A stretch of 64,000 nucleotides of DNA from a virus (taxonomy: Duplodnaviria > Caudoviricetes): IMG/VR virus record IMGVR_UViG_3300046694_000619. One strand, 5' to 3'. Positions 1-10,349 of this stretch are shown piece after piece. Every line of letters begins with the position of its first letter. Position 1 is the first letter of the stretch. The notes below the pieces were generated by a model. That model was not told the DNA's origin and ran no database searches. It was given only the letters and a program-made list of their open reading frames with translations. Made by a program: the position numbers and the translations under genes.

Positions 1-32
1 CAGCTATCGTTGAGGCATACCCGAGCTGAAAG

Positions 33-61
33 AAAAACGCCGCGAGACTTTCGCGGCGTTT
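33..61 (-). terminator. Rho-independent terminator
   Basis: AAACGCCGCGA...TCGCGGCGTTT hairpin with A-tract, just past the stop of the minus-strand gene 69..575. Confidence 0.75.
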
Positions 62-68
62 GAGTCAT

Positions 69-575
69 TCAGTCTGTAGCACCGGTCAATCGTTCTGACC
101 GCAAAACATGTAGCAATCGCCGGATGGCGATACCATCCGGGCAGGTTTTTCTGAGGTCGTAAATCCCGCAAAAGAAGAAACAGAGCCCGAAAATAGTTGC
201 CTCATAAAAATGGGCATGCCGGAACAGCAGAAAAAACACGGGTCCCGCACAAAGGACCGCCAACGGTCCGCAAAGATAGGTCAACAGCACCTGCCACGTG
301 TCCGGGAAGTTTCCTTCATCCACAAACGTCGTGTGGCCGTTGTTAGGCAACCAGCCCAACGTGAAGGAATAGCCTCGCACGACAACCGTAAAAATCGGCT
401 TTGTTCCAATCCGGATACCCGTTGAGCGAACGCCAAGCAGCGCGCCAGCAACGGCATGGCCGACTTCATGAATCGCAAACACCATGTGCGCAAACAGGAT
501 GTACACGACAATGGCGAATTGATACTGCCTGACCGCGTCTTCGAAATTCCACCAGAAAAGCTGAAACGAAACCAT
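69..575 (-). CDS. M50-family (site-2 protease-like) membrane metallopeptidase
   Basis: IHEVGHAVAG HExxH motif in a hydrophobic helix, GPL motif, distal PDG, several TM segments. Confidence 0.75.
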   Translation of the reverse strand: MVSFQLFWWNFEDAVRQYQFAIVVYILFAHMVFAIHEVGHAVAGALLGVRSTGIRIGTKPIFTVVVRGYSFTLGWLPNNGHTTFVDEGNFPDTWQVLLTYLCGPLAVLCAGPVFFLLFRHAHFYEATIFGLCFFFCGIYDLRKTCPDGIAIRRLLHVLRSERLTGATD

Positions 576-703
576 TTGTGTACCTCATTGAATTGGCCTA
601 ATCAGTATAAGGGGACACGTCGCGTGCAAGCATTGCGCATCGGGACCACAGCAATAAAAAAGCGCCCAGAAAAAGGGCGCTTTAATAAAGAGAGAAGCGT
701 CGG

Positions 704-1093
704 TTACTGGAGCGCACCGACGATGAAGATGCCCAGTTCGTTGGCCGTTTCTTTTGCCTCGGACTTGCGCATATCCCACGGCTGGACCAGGTCGGAACCT
801 GCTTCAGTCACGATGCGCCACGCGGTCACGAACCAGCCTCGCTTCGTGTTGAAGCGTTCCATGCGGTCACGCTTGAAGTAGCCGACTTTCTCGAAGCCAC
901 CCTCGCGCGGGCGGAAGGTTTCCAGCAGTTCCGCGCCACCATTGTTGCGCAACTGCTGCAAGAGGCACTGGTCGGCAGGGCTCGTGGTCACCGGATAGAT
1001 GCCACAGGTCCAGCTCGAAAAAAGCCGGTCCTTCCAGCCGCGTTTGTGTTCGAGAGCAAAACGGTTCAGCGCATTGATTTGGTCGACGTTCAT
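704..1093 (-). CDS. hypothetical protein
   Basis: 129-aa ORF with GAGGA RBS, upstream CTATAC and downstream hairpin. Confidence 0.7.
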   Translation of the reverse strand: MNVDQINALNRFALEHKRGWKDRLFSSWTCGIYPVTTSPADQCLLQQLRNNGGAELLETFRPREGGFEKVGYFKRDRMERFNTKRGWFVTAWRIVTEAGSDLVQPWDMRKSEAKETANELGIFIVGALQ

Positions 1094-1130
1094 AGATTCC
1101 TCGCAAAAAAGTAGTTGGCCTTGCAGACCC

Positions 1131-1136
1131 GTATAG
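1131..1136 (-). promoter_or_regulatory. CTATAC upstream motif (candidate element-specific promoter)
   Basis: 37 nt upstream of the ATG at 1093; one of about 24 similarly placed copies. Confidence 0.55.
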
Positions 1137-1206
1137 GCTGCGGCCGCGCGAATGAAAAAACCCGGGCAGAAGCCCGGGTGCGAGGAGAAGTACTTGACGA
1201 AGCGCC

Positions 1207-2004
1207 TTACTTCGACGGCTTCGGAGGTTTCTGCGGCAGCTGCGCGATTTCCGCCAGTTCGTAGATGTAGACCTCGACACTGCGCATCTTGAAACCGGAC
1301 GAGTGGCCCTGGTGATTTTCGAACGACGTCACTTTCGACGAAGGCAGGCGCTGGGCAAAAAGCTTCATCAGTGCGTCACGACTCGCGTCGCAGTCACGGA
1401 TTTCCCAGTCACGGCCGTCCTGTTCCAGCACGAAGCCACGCTCCCGGAGACTTGCATGCCAGAGGACACGGCGTTCCTTGTCCGACACGGGAGTGTCCGA
1501 CTGGAAGCTGAAATCGCCGAAGAGCGAACAGCTGAACTTGGCCTTGCAACCATACTTGCCGAACGACAGGTCACTGATGTGGCCAAACCCTTCGAGGTCC
1601 CACCAGCTATTGAGCTGCTCGTCCAACTTTTTCAGACAGGCTTTCGTCACGTCTGGGCCTTGTGCAGCACCGAGCTGTGCCTCGAGCTCGCGAACGCGCA
1701 TGTTTGCCGCGCGCACCCGTGCAAAACGGTTCTCCATCTCGGCCGCAGAATCGGTCTCGATGCCAAGCAATTTTCCCAGGTCGGCCATGCGATGCTCCGC
1801 GACCGACAGGCAATTGGTCGCGAGTCCGCGCGGCAAACCGTCCTTGAACACACTCGCGTCGGGCCCTTTGAGGACGCTTGCGATTGTGCCCATCGCCTGC
1901 TGCAGGTCGAGGATGTGCTTCAAAGCGACCGCTTTCTGGTCGGCATTCAGCTCGATGATGTGGTCGTCACCATCTTCAAGCGGGAGGGTGATTTCGAGTG
2001 TCAT
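1207..2004 (-). CDS. hypothetical protein
   Basis: ORF; start placed at MTLEITL after an AAAGGA RBS; CTATAC at 2039-2044. Confidence 0.75.
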   Translation of the reverse strand: MTLEITLPLEDGDDHIIELNADQKAVALKHILDLQQAMGTIASVLKGPDASVFKDGLPRGLATNCLSVAEHRMADLGKLLGIETDSAAEMENRFARVRAANMRVRELEAQLGAAQGPDVTKACLKKLDEQLNSWWDLEGFGHISDLSFGKYGCKAKFSCSLFGDFSFQSDTPVSDKERRVLWHASLRERGFVLEQDGRDWEIRDCDASRDALMKLFAQRLPSSKVTSFENHQGHSSGFKMRSVEVYIYELAEIAQLPQKPPKPSK

Positions 2005-2104
2005 GGTGTTCCTTTCATGTGTGAGTTGCCCTGACTCTGTATAGCCCGGCGCCCACGACAATATCTAATTACATGGTATACTAATTTCCATCAAACATCT
2101 GGAG

Positions 2105-2737
2105 TTGTCGCGCGTGAGCACTGAAACAAATGAGTCCCCATCGTGGGGTTCGCGGCTGCTGGACACCGCAAAATCGGCCCTGACTTCGGTGTTTCCGGCG
2201 CTTGGCGCCGTCGACGCTGCCAGGGAATTCATCTCGGAAGCCGTGGCGCAAAAGATTCGTAATGAGGCGAGCGTCAAGGCGCAGGCGCTGATTTCGCAGG
2301 CCCACCGCAAGGTCATCTTCTCCATCGTCTGGCAAAACGGCCTGCTCATGCTCTCGCTGGTGCCGGTGTACTTCCTGCGCGCGCCGTGGCCGTTCTACGT
2401 GGCGTACGCCTGCGTGTTCGGCTACTCCACGTATTCGGCTTACGAGTATCGCGGCATCATCTGGCGCCTGTGCAAGACGTTCAGCGTAACCCAGACGTTG
2501 GCGCTCGAGGTGCGCGAAGCCATCGAGACCGAACTGACCTCGCGTCAGTTTTTTGAGCGTAAGGCCGTCGAGTGGCTCGGCCCGGACATGAAACGACTGG
2601 CGGAAGACGTCGCGCGCAAACTCAAGCCGGATGTCATGATGGCCGCGTTCAATATGGCATTTACGCTCTTCACGGCGTTTATCGCGTTCCGGGTGTTCGT
2701 GATTCCGCTGCTCGAGCATCGCGCGCTGATGCATTGA
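2105..2737 (+). CDS. membrane protein, unknown function
   Basis: Three hydrophobic segments; TGGTATACT extended -10 upstream. Confidence 0.7.
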   Translation: MSRVSTETNESPSWGSRLLDTAKSALTSVFPALGAVDAAREFISEAVAQKIRNEASVKAQALISQAHRKVIFSIVWQNGLLMLSLVPVYFLRAPWPFYVAYACVFGYSTYSAYEYRGIIWRLCKTFSVTQTLALEVREAIETELTSRQFFERKAVEWLGPDMKRLAEDVARKLKPDVMMAAFNMAFTLFTAFIAFRVFVIPLLEHRALMH

Positions 2738-2831
2738 GCGACCTTCGCCGGCATCTTCGCCAGAATGGACGAAATAGCATTAAAAGGCTATATTATTATT
2801 TCCTGCAACCATCAGTACAAAGTAAATCCGT

Positions 2832-3212
2832 ATGAACACTGCAAGTGCACAAGGTCTCGTTTCGTTCGCCCCCGGCAAGGTCGTGGCCAGTCTTTCCGCC
2901 GACGAGGTTCGCTGCGCGCTGTCCACCGCAATGGGCTTGGGCGTGGCCCTGGTCCACGTCTCGTATCCGAATGTGGATAGCCGTAATCACAAGAGCCTCG
3001 AGTCGCTGGTGTCGAAGCTCTCGGGTCACGGTTTCGCCGAAACGGCGACGATGGTTCACGAAGAAGTGCCGTATATGGTCTTCAAAGACCTGAAGAAGGC
3101 CCTGAATGTGTACCACGAAATCCAGAAGGATTCGGTGGCCATCTCTGCATCGCTGTATTACGCCGGCGTCACTGGCCTGCAAGCCGAAGCCGCCATTCTG
3201 GCCGCTGCCTAA
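2832..3212 (+). CDS. hypothetical protein
   Basis: 126-aa ORF following an AT-rich promoter region. Confidence 0.65.
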   Translation: MNTASAQGLVSFAPGKVVASLSADEVRCALSTAMGLGVALVHVSYPNVDSRNHKSLESLVSKLSGHGFAETATMVHEEVPYMVFKDLKKALNVYHEIQKDSVAISASLYYAGVTGLQAEAAILAAA

Positions 3213-3271
3213 GGTCGCCTGCCGCCGCGCAAGGTGCGCGGCTTAACTGTTGGCGTTTGCTGGAGAGCGAG

Positions 3272-3637
3272 ATGGCGATAGAGGATGTTGTGTACAACGT
3301 GGACGGCAGCGTTGCTGCGTACCGGATGTCGGATGGTCGCATGCGGGTAAAGCTGCCCACGAGGGCACCGTCTGCGCCGGCAGCTCCAATGGAGCACTCG
3401 TGCACGCCTGACAGCATGGGCGAGATTCCTGCGAGCGCTCACGCCCGCAGGGACCGGGTCCTGGTGTACGCCATCATCCTGCTGGGTTCCGCCGCGCTGG
3501 GACTGTTGGGTGATGTGCCTGGCGGGTACATTCTGCCGCGCGGAATCATGGGGTTCTTCGCCGTGGTCGGCATCACTTCCGTTGTCGTGGACATTCAGCT
3601 GCGTGCTTCTAAGCGCAAGCCGCGCTCGCCTTCGTAA
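3272..3637 (+). CDS. small two-TM membrane protein
   Basis: GGAG RBS, two hydrophobic helices. Confidence 0.6.
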   Translation: MAIEDVVYNVDGSVAAYRMSDGRMRVKLPTRAPSAPAAPMEHSCTPDSMGEIPASAHARRDRVLVYAIILLGSAALGLLGDVPGGYILPRGIMGFFAVVGITSVVVDIQLRASKRKPRSPS

Positions 3638-3691
3638 ATCCGGTGGCCGGTCGACGATATACCGAACAACGACACTTCTGAAGGAACACGC

Positions 3692-4909
3692 ATGACTGCA
3701 ACTCCGCGCAAGCGCCGCTCGAGCGCAAAGGATAGGACGGACACCGCGCCGCCGGCGCTCGCGCCCATCGTCTCTCCGGTTGCGCAGGCCGGTGAGCCGG
3801 TCGAAGACCGTGCGCTGCGCCCCAAGCGCCTCGCAGACTACATCGGTCAGCAGGCGCTGCGCGCGCAGCTTGGCATTTTCCTTAACGCGGCCAAGCATCG
3901 CGCTGAGGCACTCGACCATGTCCTGCTGTCCGGCCCGCCGGGCCTGGGCAAGACGACGCTCGCGCAAATCATCGCTGCCGAGCTCGGCGTCGGCCTCAAG
4001 GTGACGACGGGGCCGGTGCTCGAGAAACCAGGCGACATTGCAGCGCTCCTCACGGGCCTGAACGCGAACGACGTGCTCTTCATCGACGAGATTCACCGGC
4101 TGCCGCCCGTCGTCGAGGAGGTGCTGTATCCGGCGATGGAAGACTACAAGCTCGACATCCTGGTCGGGGAAGGGCAGGAGGCGCGCACGGTGACCGTGCC
4201 GCTGTCGCCCTTTACGCTCGTGGGTGCCACGACGCGCGCGGGCAGTCTCTCGGCGCCGTTGCGCGACCGTTTTGGCATTACCGGTCGCATGGAGTTTTAC
4301 ACAGACGCGGAACTCGAATCCATCGTGACCCGCTCGGCAGGGCTTCTTGGCGTCGGTATGGCGCCGGGCGCCGCGCTCGAGGTCGCCATGCGTTCGCGCG
4401 GCACACCACGTATCGCCAACCGGCTGCTGCGTCGCGTGCGCGACTACGCGACCGTCACCGGGCCGAACCCGAACGAAGTCAGCAACGCCGATGCACAAGC
4501 GGCTCTCGCCATGCTTGGCGTCGACTCGCGCGGGCTGGACTCGATTGACCGCCGGCTACTTCAGGCGATGGTCGACTTTTACGGCGGCGGCCCCGTCGGC
4601 CTGAATACGTTGTGCGCGGCCATCAGCGAAGTAGAAGACACGATTGAGGATGCGGTCGAGCCGTTCCTCATCCAGCAGGGTTTCCTGCAGCGCACGCCGC
4701 GCGGACGCGTCATCACCGAGCTCGGACGCACGCATCTCGGTGCATGTCCTGGTCAGCCACCCGTGCAGGCCTCGCGCAGTGGTGGCCCGGTGTATGTGGG
4801 CGGTATCCAGCCGGCCGGGCAAGGGAAGGGCGCAGTGCTGAAGTTGGACCCGAATGGACTTGGTGTCGTGCGCGACCCGAAAACGGGCGAATACCTGCCG
4901 ACGTATTGA
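3692..4909 (+). CDS. ruvB: Holliday junction branch-migration ATPase RuvB
   Basis: [12 protein letters not shown], Walker [53 protein letters not shown]. Confidence 0.96.
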   Translation: MTATPRKRRSSAKDRTDTAPPALAPIVSPVAQAGEPVEDRALRPKRLADYIGQQALRAQLGIFLNAAKHRAEALDHVLLSGPPGLGKTTLAQIIAAELGVGLKVTTGPVLEKPGDIAALLTGLNANDVLFIDEIHRLPPVVEEVLYPAMEDYKLDILVGEGQEARTVTVPLSPFTLVGATTRAGSLSAPLRDRFGITGRMEFYTDAELESIVTRSAGLLGVGMAPGAALEVAMRSRGTPRIANRLLRRVRDYATVTGPNPNEVSNADAQAALAMLGVDSRGLDSIDRRLLQAMVDFYGGGPVGLNTLCAAISEVEDTIEDAVEPFLIQQGFLQRTPRGRVITELGRTHLGACPGQPPVQASRSGGPVYVGGIQPAGQGKGAVLKLDPNGLGVVRDPKTGEYLPTY

Positions 4910-4931
4910 ATACATAAACCGGAGCCAGGAG

Positions 4932-5225
4932 ATGAATCGAATCAAGCAGATGAGCCACGGAATGGATGTCGCGTTCTATGAGCGGCTCGCCACGGTCTTC
5001 GCATACTACGGCGCGATTATGGCGACGGCTCGCTTCTGGCTGGTTCCGGCGTTCGCCTGGGTGGACCAGCATCACCCGCAAGCCCACGAGTACGCGGTGT
5101 GGGCCATGGTATTGCTGCTTTCGCTCGTCGGGGCGGTCCTCCTGGCGCGGACGCTGGCGGCTCCCGCGCCGACGCTCCAACAACCCGCAAGGTACCCGGA
5201 GGTGGTGCGTCCGTTCAGGAATTGA
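4932..5225 (+). CDS. small membrane protein
   Basis: AGGAG RBS, two hydrophobic segments. Confidence 0.6.
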   Translation: MNRIKQMSHGMDVAFYERLATVFAYYGAIMATARFWLVPAFAWVDQHHPQAHEYAVWAMVLLLSLVGAVLLARTLAAPAPTLQQPARYPEVVRPFRN

Positions 5226-5284
5226 TACGGGCTTTCTATACAGGAAAGCAGGACCCATTCAATCAAGGACAGACGGAGCACATC

Positions 5285-5761
5285 ATGCAAAACTGGAAGG
5301 TATGCGGCTCGACTTACAATGGAGCCGTAGCCGTTTTCATTCAGGCTCAGAGCCGCACGGCTGCCATCGAAATCAGCAGCAAGGCGCCACACCTGCTACT
5401 GGTTGTTCGTAGCGCCGAGCTGCGGACTGAAGAGGACGTCTGGCATATCGCCACGAGCCATCTCTGCAGGCAGCACGGCTGGCGCGCCGAGAGCGTACTC
5501 GACAACGTTGTGATGAAGGACTACGACGGTGCTGACGGCTTTACGGAAGCACTTGCCAGCATCCGTTACGGCGTGAAAAGTTCGCAGTTCGTCATGAGCT
5601 GCTCTTACACGCTCGAAGACGGCCATGGCGATTCGTTGCAGCTCATGGCCATTCCGGAATCTGCTTCGAAGGAAGAAATCGAAGCATGTGTGGACGCGTT
5701 CGCTGCCAAGGCGGACACGTTTGTCACCGCGAGCGCTGCCACAGCTTTCGCTCACGGTTGA
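5285..5761 (+). CDS. hypothetical protein (paralog of 5912..6412)
   Basis: MQNWKVCG...HGW...AIPESA...VDAFAA aligns by eye with the next gene. Confidence 0.7.
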   Translation: MQNWKVCGSTYNGAVAVFIQAQSRTAAIEISSKAPHLLLVVRSAELRTEEDVWHIATSHLCRQHGWRAESVLDNVVMKDYDGADGFTEALASIRYGVKSSQFVMSCSYTLEDGHGDSLQLMAIPESASKEEIEACVDAFAAKADTFVTASAATAFAHG

Positions 5762-5911
5762 GATTTGTCTCTCCCTCGCCCAGCGATTCTGCTGGGCTTT
5801 TTCATTTTCAACGCCAGCTGACGTGTTGCCGGTCCTGAGGATTCGGGCGATGTCGGCTATACGCTCACGTAGGAACCTTTAATATTGAGTGAATTGCCCA
5901 GAGGACACATC

Positions 5912-6412
5912 ATGAAAGAATGGCGAGTACGCGGCAGAAGAGATGACTCCATCAAGATTGTGGAAATCATCGTTGAAGCAAAGAGCTGGGCAGGTGCAGT
6001 CGCCGAAGCACAATCGGGAGCGCATCAGCTCAAGGTACGTGATGCGGTGCGTATCGACCTCGAAGCACTGGCAATCGGCCGACTCATCACCGAGCATGGC
6101 TGGATGTCGTACGCGCAGCACCCGTGGAAGTCGTACCGCGACAATCCGATTTTCACTACGAAAGACTTTCCGACCGCAGTCGGCCCGCAAATGGCCGTGA
6201 TTCGCCCGGTTGTGCCCGACAATGGCCTGGCTCAATTGTGGCTCGTTGGCGAGTACATCAGTGAAGGCAATAACGCACTGGTGGGCACGATGGCCATCAT
6301 CCCGCAAGACGCTGACGACGCCGAGGTTTTCCGGCACGTCGACGACTTCGCAGCTTGCGTGGCTCAACGCATCTCCGAAACATACGCCGCGCGCCTTCTG
6401 AAGGCAGTCTGA
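5912..6412 (+). CDS. hypothetical protein (paralog of 5285..5761)
   Basis: MKEWRVRG...HGW...IIPQDA...VDDFAA; GAGGA RBS. Confidence 0.7.
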   Translation: MKEWRVRGRRDDSIKIVEIIVEAKSWAGAVAEAQSGAHQLKVRDAVRIDLEALAIGRLITEHGWMSYAQHPWKSYRDNPIFTTKDFPTAVGPQMAVIRPVVPDNGLAQLWLVGEYISEGNNALVGTMAIIPQDADDAEVFRHVDDFAACVAQRISETYAARLLKAV

Positions 6413-6571
6413 TTCGCACTGACGCAACACCCTCGAGCCCGGCATTCGCTGGGCTTTTTTCTTTGAGAGCCAAGCCCAGTGCGGCTCTCAAGACAATGAC
6501 ACACGCTCTATACCGAATTACGCGAGCGTAACGCTCATCTCGTGCAATCCAGTTCGGAGTATTCATCGACT

Positions 6572-6820
6572 ATGCTTCTCATCATCGCGGCCGCCAGCGT
6601 CACTGGCGGGTTCCTGTTCATTCTCATCGGTGCAATTCTTGAGGTCCGCGCGGCGGTCAAGTTCCAGGCCACGCTGAAAACAAAACTCGGCTTCCTCTCA
6701 TTTCGCCAGCAAATCAAGAAATCCGAATTCGGTCAGATGCATCGCAACGGTCGCATCCTGCGCGCGCTCGGCGTGCTGACCTTCGCGGGTTTCTTTCTCT
6801 GGGCCGGCCTGCACCGGTAA
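6572..6820 (+). CDS. small two-TM protein
   Basis: Hydrophobic N- and C-terminal helices. Confidence 0.55.
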   Translation: MLLIIAAASVTGGFLFILIGAILEVRAAVKFQATLKTKLGFLSFRQQIKKSEFGQMHRNGRILRALGVLTFAGFFLWAGLHR

Positions 6821-6874
6821 CCCACGGCGCAAAAGAAAATCGCCCCATCAAGGAGCGATTTTGAGTTTTGCAGC

Positions 6875-7255
6875 CTAGTCGTAGCGGCGGTTGCAATGCA
6901 GCAGGTCATACGTCTTCATCAGGTCTTGCAGGTTTGCACCTACACGCTTGTCCATCGTGGTGTCCAGAACGCCAATCTGCCGGCAGTTCTTCACATACTG
7001 CGAGTCGATGGAGTAGAGCGCTGCTTCCTTGATGTTGATGATGATTGTGTCCGCATGAAAACCGGTTGCAGCATGAGCAGGGCTCTTGCTGGTCATCAGA
7101 ACGCAACCTTGACGGACTTCACCAGTACGCTCCGGGTTGGTCGACACGGGTGCGACCGCGATGCGGCCGTTGACCATGCCAAGCACAACTGCGGGACGAC
7201 GCTTGCCGTTCGGGTCAGTCGGACGAATAAGGCCAGTGACAACGACGAATTTCAT
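6875..7255 (-). CDS. PemK/MazF-like fold protein
   Basis: GKRRPAVVL...IAVAPVST matches the PemK/MazF KxRPxVV...VxPxT pattern; GGAGG RBS. Confidence 0.55.
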   Translation of the reverse strand: MKFVVVTGLIRPTDPNGKRRPAVVLGMVNGRIAVAPVSTNPERTGEVRQGCVLMTSKSPAHAATGFHADTIIINIKEAALYSIDSQYVKNCRQIGVLDTTMDKRVGANLQDLMKTYDLLHCNRRYD

Positions 7256-7293
7256 GATGTTTGCCTCCAGTAGGCAGCTATTTCCACATAGCC

Positions 7294-7362
7294 GTATAGC
7301 GCCAAATGCGGCAAAATAGCGTGTAATCGGAGGTGTCGCTGGCGCGCCGCGCTGTTCTATAC
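7294..7362. promoter_or_regulatory. back-to-back CTATAC motifs of a divergent gene pair
   Basis: GTATAG 7294-7299 (38 nt from ATG 7255) and CTATAC 7357-7362 (33 nt from ATG 7396). Confidence 0.6.
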
Positions 7363-7395
7363 GGAACATGGCAACAATTAACCAGCGAGGAAGCT

Positions 7396-7884
7396 ATGAA
7401 TCAGGTAATGAGCAGTGCAGTTCACGCAGAGATGGAACAACTTTTCGGTTCGGACGACGCAATCGGCATGCGCGTCATCGTGGATGAGCGGCACCCCGTG
7501 CTGACGATGTCCGAGTTCGAAGCGTTCAAGCAGCAGAACCCCGGTTTCGCAGGCGACTGGCGTGTCGCAATGCCCGACGGCTCGAGTTCGGTCGTTTGTA
7601 CGAACTACGCGAAGCACATCAAGGCCACGCTGAAGCAGCGTAACGTCGAAATCGTAGGCTTCATGTGCTCGGATAATCAGGACTGCACGTTCACGCGTAT
7701 GGACCTGGCTGAAGGGCACGATTTCGCGCTCGTCGACGGTCGCTACCTGGTCGACCCGTGGATGCGTCTTGTCTGCGGCTACGACAACATCCCGATGGTC
7801 TACGACCTGACGAATCAGGCCGAAGCCCAGCAGGCGCATCACATGTACGGTGCGCGTGACCGCTGGGTTCGCGTGGACAAGTAA
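7396..7884 (+). CDS. putative papain/transglutaminase-like Cys-His-Asp enzyme
   Basis: VCTNYA...GHDFALV...LVDPW order resembles a Cys-His-Asp triad. Confidence 0.5.
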   Translation: MNQVMSSAVHAEMEQLFGSDDAIGMRVIVDERHPVLTMSEFEAFKQQNPGFAGDWRVAMPDGSSSVVCTNYAKHIKATLKQRNVEIVGFMCSDNQDCTFTRMDLAEGHDFALVDGRYLVDPWMRLVCGYDNIPMVYDLTNQAEAQQAHHMYGARDRWVRVDK

Positions 7885-7901
7885 GCCTTTCTTAACCTCG
7901 G

Positions 7902-7926
7902 ACCCCGCTTAACCGCGGGGTTTTTT
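7902..7926 (+). terminator. Rho-independent terminator
   Basis: CCCCGC-TTAACC-GCGGGG followed by a T-tract. Confidence 0.8.
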
Positions 7927-7992
7927 CTTTCCTGCTTCACGGGCGCGCAAGCGTTTTGAGCTATACCACAGACGCCACTTATCGCTTCGACC

Positions 7993-9924
7993 ATGCACCT
8001 CACAAACCTGTTTAAAGCTTCGCTGCTGAGCGCGGCGCTCGCGGCAAGCCTCCCGGCATTCGCCTCCGACTATTACGTCGTTGTTCCGGTACCCAATCGC
8101 ACCGCTGCCGGCAACGTTTCGGTGTCGCTCGCCGGGTTCGGCCTGCCCGCGGCGCAGGTCGGTTTGCCGTACGCGGGTTTCGACTTCAGGTCGCTGCTTT
8201 CCGTCACCGGCGACGCCAGCTACAACGGCTATGGCGTTCGCTGGAGTGTGGTCTCGGGCAGCCTGCCGGCGGGCCTGACACTTAACAGCGATGGGACGCT
8301 CACCGGTACGCCGAGCGCGGGGGGCTCGTCGACTTTCCAGGTGATGGCCAGCTACAAGAGCAAGGCGGGCCAGCAGGCGTACCAGATTTATACGGCGGCC
8401 GTCACGGTCGGACTGGCGAGCGGCGCGCCGCCAGTGGGTCTGGTCGGTCAGGCCTATAGCTACGACCTGCGGCCGCTCCTGTCGGTCGCCGGCGACTCGG
8501 CATACACCGGCGCGGGTGTCACGTGGACTGTCGTGTCCAACACGCTGCCCGCGGGCCTCTATCTCACGAGCGACGGATTCATCGGCGGCACGCCGACAGC
8601 GAGCGGTACGGGAAGCGTCACCGCGCGCGCATCATACAAGGGCGTAAACGGCCAGCAGACCTATCAGGTGGTCACGCAGGCCATCAGCGTGACACTCGGC
8701 AGCACGACGCTGCCTGCGGCCTCGCAAGGGATGCCGTACGCTGGCTACGACTTCCGCTCGCTCGTCAGCAGCAACGAGCCGACGTTCCAGCCGGGCAGCA
8801 CAACCTGGTCCGTCGTGGGCACGCTTCCCGCGGGCCTCGCGCTCGATGCGAGCGGGGTGCTAAGCGGCACGCCGACGGCGTCCGGTTCGCAACCCTTCAC
8901 GCTCAAGGCGAGTTACAAGGGCTACGTCGGCCAGCAGACCTACACGCTTATCAGCGCGCCGAGTTCACTGCTTTCCACGTCGACGCCCCCGCTCGCATTC
9001 CCTGGGGTGAGCGACTACACGGTGGCCACGCAACCGGTCACCTTGACCAACAGTGGTGACGCAGCGGGCACCCTGTCCCTGGCCTCCGACTCGCCGAACT
9101 TCACGGTAAGCGGCTGCGCGACGATTGCGGCAAAAAGCAGCTGCACGGCGAACGTCACCTTCTATCCGACTGGCGTTACCAGCTACTCGGCCCAGTTGAC
9201 CGTCAGCGGTGCGACGAGTGGCGACATCAAAGTCGCGCTCTCCGGCTCTGCGGTGGCAAACGTGAAGACGTTTGCTGCGAGCACGAACTGGACGGTGCCC
9301 GCCAAACTCACGCACGCGCAGGTGTTGGTGGTCGGCGGTGGCGGCGGCCCGATGGCCACAGGAAACTTCGTCCCTGGCCTTGGCGGCATTGCCGGGGGTG
9401 GCGGACAGGTCATCTATAACGCGAGCTATTCGCTCACGCCTAACGCCAATATGCCAGTCACCGTGGGTGTTGGCGGCAGTGTCGGGCCGGATGCGCAGGA
9501 GAATGGCACGCCTTCTGTGTTCGGCGCTATTACGGCCTCGGGCGGCTACTCCGGCTACGAAGGTGGTGCATCCGGCGCGGGCTATCCGAGCGGCGGCGGC
9601 GCACAAAACAACCTGCAGGGTGGCGGGGGCGGTGGCGCGGGTGGCGCGGGCGGCGTGCCAAGCGCGACGACGGGCGGCAAGGGCGGAGCAGGTCTTTGCT
9701 ACGCCCTGACCGGGACGATGACCTGCTACGGTGGCGGTGGTGGTGGCGGAGTCGGTACCGACCCGGCGACGCAGACCCCGGGGGGTAACGGAGGCGGTGG
9801 TTTGGGCGGTACGCCAACCATCGTAGGCGGACCGGGCGCGGACAATACCGGCGGTGGCGCGGGCGGCGCGGGCGGCGGCGGTCGCAGTGTTGGCGGCAGC
9901 GGTGTCGTGATTGTCGTGTACTGA
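7993..9924 (+). CDS. secreted Ig-repeat (He_PIG-like) surface protein with glycine-rich C-terminal domain
   Basis: Signal peptide ending AFA-S, three LPAGLxL...GTPT repeats, ASH/Ig-like segment, C-terminal GGSGVVIVVY glycine-rich domain. Confidence 0.8.
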   Translation: MHLTNLFKASLLSAALAASLPAFASDYYVVVPVPNRTAAGNVSVSLAGFGLPAAQVGLPYAGFDFRSLLSVTGDASYNGYGVRWSVVSGSLPAGLTLNSDGTLTGTPSAGGSSTFQVMASYKSKAGQQAYQIYTAAVTVGLASGAPPVGLVGQAYSYDLRPLLSVAGDSAYTGAGVTWTVVSNTLPAGLYLTSDGFIGGTPTASGTGSVTARASYKGVNGQQTYQVVTQAISVTLGSTTLPAASQGMPYAGYDFRSLVSSNEPTFQPGSTTWSVVGTLPAGLALDASGVLSGTPTASGSQPFTLKASYKGYVGQQTYTLISAPSSLLSTSTPPLAFPGVSDYTVATQPVTLTNSGDAAGTLSLASDSPNFTVSGCATIAAKSSCTANVTFYPTGVTSYSAQLTVSGATSGDIKVALSGSAVANVKTFAASTNWTVPAKLTHAQVLVVGGGGGPMATGNFVPGLGGIAGGGGQVIYNASYSLTPNANMPVTVGVGGSVGPDAQENGTPSVFGAITASGGYSGYEGGASGAGYPSGGGAQNNLQGGGGGGAGGAGGVPSATTGGKGGAGLCYALTGTMTCYGGGGGGGVGTDPATQTPGGNGGGGLGGTPTIVGGPGADNTGGGAGGAGGGGRSVGGSGVVIVVY

Positions 9925-10027
9925 CGCGCACCAGGAAATCGAGACGCCTGTTCTTCGGAGCAGGCGTTTTTCTTTTGTGCTCGCGAAAGAAAACGGCCAC
10001 GTGGGCCGTTTGAGAGGGGAGGTATGC

Positions 10028-10348
10028 CTAAAGCATACGGACGTATTTCGCGGCTTCCTGCATCGAAATTTCGAGCCGGTCGCGCAATTTCACGCAGGCC
10101 GATGAGGGGCTGTGCTGTTTCAGGTCCCGGCAGTCGTCGAGGAGGTGCTCGAAGTCAGCCAGTGTGATGATGGCTCCAACCCTCAACGCTTCCCACCATT
10201 TCCGCGCCAGCAGCGCGCGGTCTTCGGCGGTCTCGGCGCTGTGAAGGGCCTCGAGCTCTTCCTCGAGCCCGGCCGCACGTTGACGGAGTTCAGCCAGCTC
10301 AGTTTCAAGCTTCTGGATACGCAACTGTCGCTGTTCCGCAGTACTCAT
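10028..10348 (-). CDS. hypothetical coiled-coil protein
   Basis: Heptad-rich N-terminus; coupled to the upstream gene. Confidence 0.65.
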   Translation of the reverse strand: MSTAEQRQLRIQKLETELAELRQRAAGLEEELEALHSAETAEDRALLARKWWEALRVGAIITLADFEHLLDDCRDLKQHSPSSACVKLRDRLEISMQEAAKYVRML

Positions 10349-10349
10349 C

